Assembly: GCA_030264375.1 (NCBI GenBank)
Contig: JASCQW010000032.1
Location: 41,312,306 to 41,370,417 of the forward strand
Source: Carcharhinus longimanus
Taxonomy: Eukaryota
DNA: 58,112 nucleotides
Direction of reading: 5' to 3'
Positions 13,546-23,599 of this stretch are shown here, in pieces (positions within the stretch are counted from its first letter, which is position 1; each line of letters opens with the position of its first letter). Position numbers and translations under genes: made by a program. The notes under the pieces were generated by a model. It had not been told where the DNA came from. It ran no database searches and was given only the letters and a program-made list of their open reading frames with translations.

Positions 13546-14564
13546 TGTTAACTACAGGAATTGAACAGGTGCTGTCAATGCCACTGAGCATCACATCCAA
13601 CCATCTGAGATAACCAGCGCTCCTGTTTTTGGTTTGTGTTCCTACTATTTAAAACCCCAATATCCAAGTTGGTGTTTCATGCAAGATCTTTGTATTTATC
13701 TCTAGCTCCCAATCGTTTATGTATACCATAACCAGCAATGGCCTAAACACTAAACTCAGTGCTAATGATCTTTTGCCGTGTTGCTGCAGCTCTATTCACA
13801 ATCACCCTTTACTGTCTCTGGTTTAGTCCGTTTTCAGTTTATATTAGAAGCTTGTCCACTATTCTGGGTTCCCTATGTTGTGGACAAATCAGTGACGTGG
13901 TGTCAAAAGCTTTGCTGATCTGTTATTTATTTTCTCGTATTCCCTTTCATTTTAGTTAGTAGACACAGCAGCTGCATCTAGTGGTAGAAATTGAGTTCTG
14001 CAACAAGGCAATTTAGTGTATCGTTTCATGACAGTCTGGTTATCGGCTCTGCAGTCTAGACAGATAGTTAAGGAGGACCTCATTGGTATGTATAAGATAT
14101 GAAATTGTATATATATTGATGAGCTAAACTCAGAAAGGCTGGGATAGTAAAGAGAAAACACTAATGCTGTTTGAAGGGCAGCTGAATGATAGGAACAAAA
14201 ATGTGTTTTGTTAAAACTCCTTTGTGTTTTTGTTGCTGTAGGTAAAACAAGAAAAGTTCAATTTTGTTAATATGTAAAATTTAATCTTTTGTCAAAAGAA
14301 ATTCACTTTAAAGGTGACACAGGGATTCTAAGAGAATCAACAGAGCTCGGAATAAAGTAATGTAACTAGGAGACCAATAATTTATGGGAAACATTTATGA
14401 TCTCAATAAATCTATTATTGTCTATTCGTTATTAGATGGATTTAATGTCAGCTTGAGAGTGATAACATTCTCACATCTGACTTGCAAAGTGAGAGTTCCA
14501 TCCACATTCTAAAATGTAGGCTGATACTTCGATGCAGTGCTCAGTGTTGGAGATGAGAATGCAG

Positions 14565-15490
14565 CTACAACAAAAATTTGTATTTATATCATGTTTTTAA
14601 AGTAATAAAATGTCCCAAGGCACTTCATATGAATGATATAAAGTAAAATTCAGCAGTGAGGAGATAGAGTCAGGTAACAAATAACTTGGTCAAAGACAGG
14701 TTTTAGGAAATTTAAGGAAGAAAGGGAGGTGTGGAGGGATTTGCAGAGTTTATGGTGCTTGACAGCTGAAGGCACACCATTAGTGGGTGGAGCTGTTAAA
14801 CTTGGGGATTATCAAGAGACCAGAACAGTAGTAGTGCAGATGTCTGATGGTGTGGGTTTGGAGCAGTTTAGAGCGGGGAAGGGAACGTGACCACGGAGAG
14901 ATCTGAAGACATGGAGGAGAAGTTTTAACAACTTTTGCTTAAATGGCAGCCAGTACAGATCAATATGGTGATGCTGGATGAAGCAAGGGCATGGGCACCA
15001 GAGTTTTAGATTACCTCAGGTTTACAGAGGGTAGAATATGCAAGGGCTGGTTAGGAGTGCTTTGGCATAATCAAGTCCAGAAGTATCAAAGAATGAATGT
15101 GGGTTTCAGCAACAGATAAGCTTAGGGCAGAGGTAGATGATGGTACAGAAGTGGAAATTGGCATTTGTGGTGATGACAAGGAAATGTGGCAGGAAGCTCA
15201 TCTCAGGCTTACATATAATACCAAGGTTGTAAGTTTGTTTATGCATCAAATAGATGCAGGGAGAAGGATGGATTTGATTCCCAGAGAACGGAGTTCATGT
15301 CAGCGATCAGTGGTCTTCCCAATATTGAATTGAAGGAAATTTCTACTCATCCTGGAATGGATAAGTAGTTTGATAATTTAAAGACAGTGGAAGAGCCGAG
15401 AGAGATGCTAGTGAGATAAAGCTGGGTAATAACAGCATGCACGTGAAAACTGATGCTGCTGCTTCGAATGATGTTGGTGAGGGTTGGCAT
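14565..15490 (-). mobile_element. Old L2-type LINE 3' fragment
   Basis: Inverted 3' tail ACAACAAAAATTTGTATTTATAT...TGTCCCAAGGCAC; homologous to the plus-strand copy at 18400-18890. Confidence 0.65.
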
Positions 15491-17254
15491 GTAGGTAAAT
15501 AATGGGAAGAGTCAAGGATAATTCTGTTTTTGACAATGAATATTAATTAGGCAATGAGGTGAAAAACCCAGGGCAAGGTTTTCTTGGAAATCGAGAAAAG
15601 CAGCACTTAGCCTATCAACAGCAATGACCATTTTTTTTACGCAATATAGTCCAGCACATAATGTGGCAAAAATTTTCATGCACAAATAAAAAGTGCTGGT
15701 ACAAACCTATTGCAGGTGATCCTCTGGCTATGATTAGCTAAATGGGAATAAATCAATTGGGTGCTTTCCCATCCAACTGGATGCTTTTCCATCCAACTGG
15801 ATGACACTGGGGATGGATGGTGTGGCCAACCATGCCAAAGGCTTCAGGCAGATTTGGAAAGATGAGGATTGATTGTATGCATCTGTGACAAACACAAATT
15901 ATGTCATTAGTGACTTTTTCTGTGCTGTGGCAGGACTTTGGCCTGATTGGAAGGATTCAGACTTGGAGTTCAGGGAAAGGTAGCCACAGATTTAGATTTA
16001 AAAGATTAAAGGCCGTTTGTGGCATTGCTGTTTGTCCTTACCATGTATCAAACTGTTGATCATATTGCATAAACTGAAAAATGTAATTTTTTTTATGTAA
16101 AGGCTTTGGGATGTTTGAGAGATATGATGAACTGCTGTATTAATTCAAGTTTGTTTATTCTTCTGTGGCATATCATATAACCTGCAAAAACAGTTTATTT
16201 TGATCTGCAGCAGATGTTTTCATTGTGAACTTTTGGAGAAGTACTGCAGAGACAGCCCAGACAAATCAAACTGTCAGCCTTTCACGTCCGTTGTTTCCAT
16301 AAATTTTAAAAAATGACATTTTAAAGGTAATTTTCCCAAGCACATGAAGCATTCTAGCTGTTTGAGCTACGTGGTGCCTGCAGTTGATACATAATGTTAT
16401 GCGATGTGTACCTGTTCAATTCACAGTTATGATAGTGCTCAGTGATTCAGAGGATCCTGGTGAATCATTATTATCATTGCTGACTTGGTATACGCAGCAG
16501 CATATTAGTTTCTGCTTAACCAAGGTGTCAAATTTGTTCAAATACGTTTGAAAGCACTATTGAGCATTGTTATGATTTACTGTGAAATTTTGGGCATCAG
16601 TTACCTTGTGTTAAACTAGAGTTAAAGTGATGGAAATCAACTTCATTACAATCTTGAGTATGCAGAGCCACTGCCAGTAGAATTGATAGGCAAATGACAT
16701 GCTGTTAAATAACTTAAATAAAGCATTTAATATCGAGTACAATAGGAACAATAGATTAGGAGTTTGCTGGTGACAATGGCAATTAACAACTCAATGACAC
16801 AAATGGATACGGTCCTATTTAGTAGACAGAATAAAGCTGGAATTCTCCAGCACTTGCCCCCAGTGGAATCTTCTGATCCCACTGAAGTCGGTCCCCTCCA
16901 GAGGTTATCAGATGGTGGCACAGACAAGGAATGTAAACCACTATTGACTTCCATAGGACTGGAAGATCCTGCCAATAGCCAACGGCAAGCAGCCTCTGCC
17001 ATGGCAAAGCCAAGGGAGCTGGAGAATTCCACCCTATGTGTCTGTAGTGTTTGATTATGTCTATTACACTGTATAAATGATACAGAATCTACATTTCAAA
17101 TAGTTGCAGTTCTTTTGTAGTTTAATTTAATACTTTTGATGAGATTATTAGGAATGCTGCACCTATTTTACCTGCAGATTTGAATCTATGTACTACATTG
17201 TACTATGTATGTAGTTTTTCCAAGTCTTGTTGTCTATTCTTGTAATGAACTTTT

Positions 17255-17264
17255 AATAAATAAA
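17255..17264 (+). promoter_or_regulatory. Candidate intronic polyadenylation signal (two overlapping AATAAA)
   Basis: AATAAATAAA preceded by several TGTA motifs (17070-17245) and followed by an A9 run (17279-17287) and TG-rich sequence. Confidence 0.45.
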
Positions 17265-17596
17265 TCAGTGCTTATAGTAAAAAAAAATGCAGTTAACATG
17301 TAATGTGGCTGTCATCATGTTTGACTAAATTTCCCAGAAATCTATGATAATGAAACTGATTTTGCTTTGATTATATGATTGATTTTAATGGTTTTAAAAT
17401 TGATGGACCATAAACCATGGTTCGGTAAAATGATGCTATATATCTTTTAAAAATGTGAAAAATATATTAAATTGATCATTGTATACTGTTAATAAGTTCA
17501 TCTTATGCTCTCTATTGGCTACTTCAAAAACTATTCTGTATTACTATCTATAACATATTATTAAAAATCTTGCATCAGACGTGCACTACAAGTTAC

Positions 17597-17838
17597 GACT
17601 TCAAATCCCATTATGGAAAGTTGTAAAATGAAATTCAATAAATCTGATAATTTATGGGTTAGCACCAGGAAAAAAATTACCTTCAATACGGCTGGGTTAT
17701 TGTACAAACTCAACTGGATCACAAATGTCCTTCAGTGAAGGGAGCCTGCCATCCCTGCCTGGTACAAATTACCTCAGTCACATAATATGTGCTTGACTCC
17801 TAATGCCCTTTGAAGTGATCTCATAAGCAATCCAGTTG
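17597..17838 (+). mobile_element. tRNA-derived SINE body (same family as the head of the 44185-45885 element)
   Basis: B-box-like TTCAAATCCC, then AATGTCCTTCAGTGAAGGGAGCCTGCCATCC...TTGACTCCTAATGCCCTTTGAA matching the reverse complement of 45620-45840. Confidence 0.7.
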
Positions 17839-18399
17839 CAAACAACCTCACATTCTGTCACAAACCTTACTTCCTATTGTCTGCGTTTTTGTTTACCTTT
17901 TCGTGCCAGCAATTATCATTGCAAATTATGTCAAGATTTCCTAATTAATTCTGTTGTGTTATCTATCACATCTGGCCTTGACCACTAGATTGTTGTGTGG
18001 GGAAAGTTTCTGAAGTTTCCTTGTCCCATTATGATATTGCATATGTAAAACTAGCTTCCATTGATCAACTGTCTGTGTGCAATGCCACAGGAAGCTTACA
18101 ATAGTAGTATATTATAAACGTAGTTTCTTGCACTGACTTCCGTTCCTGTTTAAAGGCATATATTTTATCTTTATTTTTATCATAAATTCCTGCATATGCA
18201 TTTGTATTGGAAACTGCCTATGTAAATTTATCATGCTGTAATTACCATCCTCCTGTCAATAAAAGTTTCTATCAGTTCTGTCAAAGGCAGAATACATTGA
18301 AAGCATGTCAACATTTGGATACAGCACCAGTTACACCTCTGGTTAAAGAAAGACCTTTCATAATTAGTTTTGGAAAATAAAACCCAGCACTACAAACTT

Positions 18400-18890
18400 G
18401 CCATGAAACTCAGTACACTTGTTTTGACTCTGCAATGGTAAGTTCAGTAAATGAAAAAAATATTATGTTTGCCCGTCATCCCATCCTTGTTGACCTACGT
18501 TGGCTCCTGATACAGAAATGCCTTGATTTAAAAAAAAATTGCACCTTTTGGTTTCAGATTTATCTGTGGTTTCACCTTTTCTTATCTTTGTTTCCTCTTC
18601 TGGTCCAACAACCCACTAAAATCTTCCACTGCTCGCATTCTGGTCTTTGTTCATTCCCGATTTTAATGACTCCACTACAGATGGCTGTGCCTTCACCTGA
18701 CTAGGGCACAGATTCTGCAATTTCCTTCTCAAACCTGTCTACCTCCCTACCTCTCCTTTAAAAATTCTTTAAAACCTACCTTACGTCTTCTATAATCTGG
18801 GTATGTTGCTCCATTCAGATTTGTTTGTGGAACATCTTGGGATGTTTTGCTATATTAAAAGCACTACTTAAATGTAAGTTGTTATTGAAT
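18400..18890 (+). mobile_element. L2-type LINE 3' end
   Basis: HPILVDLRWLLI-like peptide; tail TTGGGATGTTTTGCTATATTAAAAGCACTACTTAAATGTAAGTTGTTATTG. Confidence 0.7.
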
Positions 18891-19616
18891 TATTTCTTTA
18901 CAAGTTAACTTTTAGTATGGATCTTGTTTATGCAAGCATACATGTGCTACACCACAAAGTAGCCTTTATATAAAGATCCCATGCCCTTTAACTGAAGTCT
19001 CTTCCATCTCCCTTAAGCCTTCCACTCCACCATTAGCCCATGAGCTTCACATATTAACATGCAGGCTTTGTAAACACTCGAAGCCTTGAGCCTTCCTGAA
19101 AACTCCTTCTTGATGCTATGATTTTATGATTCGTGGTCTCTTTTACTTTATCAAATGTTCAAATCCTGACAGAGAAAATAAAAAAATATTGGCGAATGAC
19201 TCTTGCTTTAGTGAATGATAGGTAGAAATTTCCCCAGTCCTCACCACTGCACATTGATTCCTTATCCCCAACCTCCTGCCTTCCAGCTCTGTTCACTTTT
19301 CCTCCTCTTTTCCTCATTTCTTTCCCACTCCTCTTGCCCCTCTCTCCTTCATCTTCCTCCTCTGTTGCGTCCCAATCCCAGTCCTTTGTGATTATCATCC
19401 TCCTTTCCTTTGCCTTCTTGCTTCTACACTCATTTCTGACATTGATTACAATGAATTAGTGGACCTGATAACATATTGAACATTACAAGGAATAAAAGAC
19501 TTTATCCTCTAACTTAGTATTAGCAACAACGTGGGATAGCTGGTAGTGTGACTAAAACTAATTTATTTCTGTACTTGTAAGTATCAAGTTAATGCCATTT
19601 TGGAATTTTGATATAG

Positions 19617-19792
19617 GATGTCCCATTACAACAGACAACACAAACTGTATCAACTATTCGTCCAGCATCATTGCAAGTTCCTAATGTGCTACTTGCAAAC
19701 TCAGAAAGTGGTGTTGTCATACAACAGGCTTTGCCCTCTCCAACCTCTACTTCTGTCATCACACAGGCTCCTCCAACAAATAGAAACGTAGT
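19617..19792 (+). CDS. ATF2: ATF2 internal coding exon (176 nt, phase 0/2)
   Basis: gatatag|GAT...GTAGT|gtaagt; DVPLQQTTQTVSTIRPASLQVPNVLLANSESGVVIQQALPSPTSTSVITQAPPTNRNV; RPASLQVPNVLL is an ATF2 signature. Confidence 0.95.
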
Positions 19793-19879
19793 GTAAGTAT
19801 TGAGATTTTTTGTTAAATTTTCTGTTTTTGTTGTAGAAATAATAGTTTGGTTAAACATTGGTGAATTGTGGCCTCCAAA

Positions 19880-20760
19880 TATAGAACATAGGAATATATA
19901 GTACCTTATAAGTATGAGGCCCATTGAGCCTGTTACACCATTCGATAAGATCATGGCTAATGTCGTTGTATATTCCCCTTTTCCCTCATCCTTCACTACC
20001 TTAACCTTCAATTCCCTTGTACATCAAGAGTCTATCTATCTCAGACTCGGATAAATTCAACGACCCAGCCTCCCCAGCTTTCTAGGGAATTCCACCCAAT
20101 ATGTGGAATTCACTGGCCTCCCTGATATGTTTTTCTCAGTGACAGGAGGCAGCCCACCACAGACCAGCTGCCAGATTTTCTGGTCCTGCCACTATCAATG
20201 CAATTTCCCATTGAATCTCTGTATGCCACCAGAAAACCCACTGTGGGTGTGCATCAGCAGGACTGGAAGATCCCGCAGGTGTGAACAGCCAGAAGATCTT
20301 GCCATCTAAGTGTAAAAATTTCTCCTCATCTCCATCTTAAAAGAGAGACCTCATATTTTTCAATTGTGTTCCCTAATTCTAGTCTCCCCCACAAGAGGAA
20401 ACATTCTTCAGGTATCCATCCTATCAAGTTTTCTGAGGATCTCATATGTGTCTATAAGGTCACCTCTTAGGCTCCTAAATTCCAATGGGTATAGGCCCAT
20501 TCTGTTCAAATTTTCTTCATAAGATAAGCCCTTCTTTGCAGAAATGAGCACAGTGAACTTTCTCTGAACTGCGTCAAATGCAATTACATAGTTTTTCAAA
20601 CAAGGAGGCTGAAACTGCACACGCTACTCCAGATGTCTTATCAAGGCCCTCCTTTTATATTCTATTCCCCTTGCAATAAATGCCAACATTCCATTTGCCT
20701 TCCTAATTACTTGCTCTACCTGCATACTAATTTTTTGTGATTCATGTACCAGGACATCAT
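19880..20760 (-). mobile_element. CR1 LINE 3' fragment with nested MITE-like insert (~20090-20310)
   Basis: Minus ORF DAVQRKFTVLI...GLSYEENLNRMGLYPLEFRSLRGDLIDTYEIL. Confidence 0.85.
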
Positions 20761-20902
20761 CTGATTGTCCAGATAAAAAATAATGTTTGAAAGCCTTTTA
20801 ATTTTAATGTAACAGGATGATTCAATAAGAATCTCACAAATTATTTAAGATAAAAATAAAATAACTGCAAATGTTGGAAATTCAAGATAAAAGGAACTTT
20901 GA

Positions 20903-21352
20903 TGTCAGCTTAACTCAGTTGTTAGCATTGTTTCTTTTGAGTCAAAGTGTGGGTTCAGGCCCCACTCTGGACTTGAGTGAATAATATGGACTGACAATTC
21001 AGTACAACTCAAAGGGAATGTTTCATTGTCAGAAGTCTAACATTTGGATGAGACCTTAATACAACATCCTGTCTGCCTGTTTAAATGGATGTTAAAAGAA
21101 AAAATTACAACACTATTTGAATTGGAGCAGAGATTTCTTCTAGTGTCCAACAACAATTCTTGATCTAACACCACCAAAAGCTGGTCACTCATCTTATTTA
21201 CTGTTTATGGGATGTTATTCTGTGCAATCTGACCTCTATGCTTATAAACACGGTTACAGTGACTGTGCTTCAAGTCATTAATTTGGTTGTGAAGTGCTTG
21301 GTTACGACCTGAGAATATCATAAAGTTATCATATAAATTCAAATCCTTTCTT
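20903..21352 (+). mobile_element. DeuSINE (SacSINE1-like), near full length
   Basis: tRNA head (GGTTCAGGCCCC), Deu-domain-like GGATGTTAAAAGA...CACTATTTGAA...GAGCAG, tail ATATAAATTCAAATCCTTTCTTT. Confidence 0.75.
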
Positions 21353-21626
21353 TATTACAACGCTTTGAATTGGTTTATGGTTATTGTATAAGAAAAAGCA
21401 AAAATTTGAGAAAATGTATGATTTTTATCTAAACTGATTCTGACATTTAGAAATTTAGGATGATGAAAAGGAGTAGGTACATCTTTGTGCTAATGTATAA
21501 CTGATTTCAGTTAGAATTGATCTGTTACCTGTTCAGTTTTATCATTTAAAACAATGTTTTTAATAATTGTTCCAACGCTTATTAGGATTGCAGTTACAGT
21601 AATTCTAAAATTTTGCTTATTTTTAG

Positions 21627-21741
21627 ACCAGTATCTGGTTCAGTTCCTCTCTTGTTACAGCTACCTAATGGACAGACCATGCCTGTCACTATTCCTGCAT
21701 CAATCACAAACCCATCTGTCCGTATTCACACAACAGTTCCT
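21627..21741 (+). CDS. ATF2: ATF2 internal coding exon (115 nt, phase 2/0)
   Basis: tttttag|A CCA...CCT|gtaagt; PVSGSVPLLLQLPNGQTMPVTIPASITNPSVRIHTTVP; phase fits the previous exon. Confidence 0.95.
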
Positions 21742-22169
21742 GTAAGTGGACAAAAATATATCAGGATATTGCATTAATCCTTTACTTTTCTGAAATATTT
21801 TCTATCAATATAGTTAACAAGTTTTAATATGTATTTCAGGGAGGAGTGTGGTCTTTGCTCAAGTTTCTTGCATGAATACGTGAAATAAACAGGTTTCTTA
21901 CTTCTCGAATGGAAATAATGTTCTGTAAGCAGCTGCCTATGGACAAAGTCTGATTTTATCCATCGTTTCAAGTTTAAATACTCTAAAGTTGCAGATTTAA
22001 AAGAAAATCTTTAAAATATGAAACAACCATTTAATCAGAAACTGGCAGTTGTGACTTAATTTTGAAGACGTTAAGACATGAAGTGCTAAGTGTAGCATGT
22101 ATATTATGTATGTACAGGGATCTAAACATGCAAGTATTAATGTCAACAGTTCAAATTTGGATAGAGCTA

Positions 22170-22825
22170 CTCACATAAAAATGTGGCCCAAGCACAGATG
22201 ATTGTTGGAACTGAAATGAAGCTGGGAAAAGAGAGGTTAGGATAAAATGCAGAAAGTTCAGCTGAACAGCTGGATGTTAAAATTCCTATAAGTGGAGAAG
22301 GAAAAGAAATCCTAGAAGAAAAAAAACAAGAGGGCAGGAAATACAAAAAAAGCAAGAAATACAAAAATCAGAGTAAAATCTTCTAAAATATAGAAAAAGA
22401 CAAAGAGTAGCTAAAATGAGCATTGGCCCTGAGGAGGATTATAACAGTGAATTAATAATGGAAAACAAGGAAATGGCAAAGACTTTGAACAAGTATTTTG
22501 CATCTGTCTTCAAACAAAAAGACACAGTGCACCCCAAGAATAGTAGAAGAACGGGGGGCAAAAGAGATGGAGGAACTTAAAACAATCAGTTTTACTAGAG
22601 TAAAAGTACTAGGAGATCTAAGCAACAAAAGGCTGACAAGTCACTGGACCTGATGGCCTGCATTGTAGAACCTTAAAGAATGTGATTACAGAGATAATGG
22701 TTGTATTGCTTGCAATCTTCCAAAATTCCCTAGATTCAGGAACAGTCTCAGAAGATTGAAACACTGCAAATATAACACCATTATTCAAAAAAGGAGCGAG
22801 ACAAGAAGTAGGAAACTGTAGGCCA
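22170..22825 (+). mobile_element. CR1 ORF2 fragment, left part (continues at 26856)
   Basis: EMAKTLNKYFASVF, KSLDLMA/GPDG-like and ANITPLFKKG motifs, ending at the NYRP codons. Confidence 0.8.
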
Positions 22826-23192
22826 AAATAAGAATAAAAACACCTGAAAAACTCAGCAAGTCAGGCAACATCTGTGGAAAGAAATAGAGGACCAAATTTT
22901 ACATTCTGGAGACTAAGTGCAGTGGTGGGCAGGAAAGTCAGCATGATTCTTGCTGTGCAGCCAGGTGGAGTCTCACATCAGATCTTCCACTTTTAGCTTA
23001 CTAATTATGCATCAGTAAGGAGCTCATTGAATCTCATGGCAAGGCTAGCTGTGATTTATGTATTCTGTTACTTCATTTGGTCAAAGGTCCTGATACCATA
23101 GTTAAACAGCACCGTCACACACGTTCACTCGTTGCAGGCCAGGTGCAGGCTGAAAATTTACCTTAGCACAGTGCCCAAAAGTAACAGTCTCC

Positions 23193-23390
23193 CCCCAGTT
23201 CAGCAAGACCTCCTTTGAGGCCATCCAGAAAAGGCAGAAGGTCCTCCTCTCTGGATGGGAGCAGGAAGTCCACCCACCTAACAGCACTGACCTAGGAGGA
23301 AGTCGGCAGGGAGGTCAACACTGGTGGGCAACCAAAAGGATTGCCCTGCACTGCCGAGAAAGGATGAATAATTTGATCTGTTCTGCCAGA
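23193..23390 (+). pseudogene. Harbinger Myb/SANT-like DNA-binding protein pseudo-exon
   Basis: With frameshifts: PQFSKTSFE..QKRQKVLL / DGSRKSTHLTALT*EEVGREVN / TKRIALHCRERMNNLICSAR|gtaagt, fitting the Myb/SANT-like (NAIF1/MSANTD) pattern F-S..W-EEV..QC-K-DL. Confidence 0.65.
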
Positions 23391-23599
23391 GTAAGTGAAC
23401 TTTCTCCACACTCCAAATTCTCACACTCATAAGGGCAAGAGGCAGCCTAAGGTTAGAGTCCACAGGATTGTCACACACTACCAGCAGATGGGACATCAGC
23501 ATTGCATATCTGCCAGCCACTTTAAGATTGCCCCTCTTTGTAAGATCCTGCACAAATGGCATCGCCTCCACTTACTGGGAGGGCTTAGCACACACATTA

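Noticed and set aside
17037-17054. C-terminal CVCSV as a CaaX prenylation motif
   Set aside because: The last four residues are VCSV, so Cys is not at position -4
19589-20011. 140-aa minus-strand ORF
   Set aside because: Antisense shadow of the ATF2 exon plus a CR1 tail
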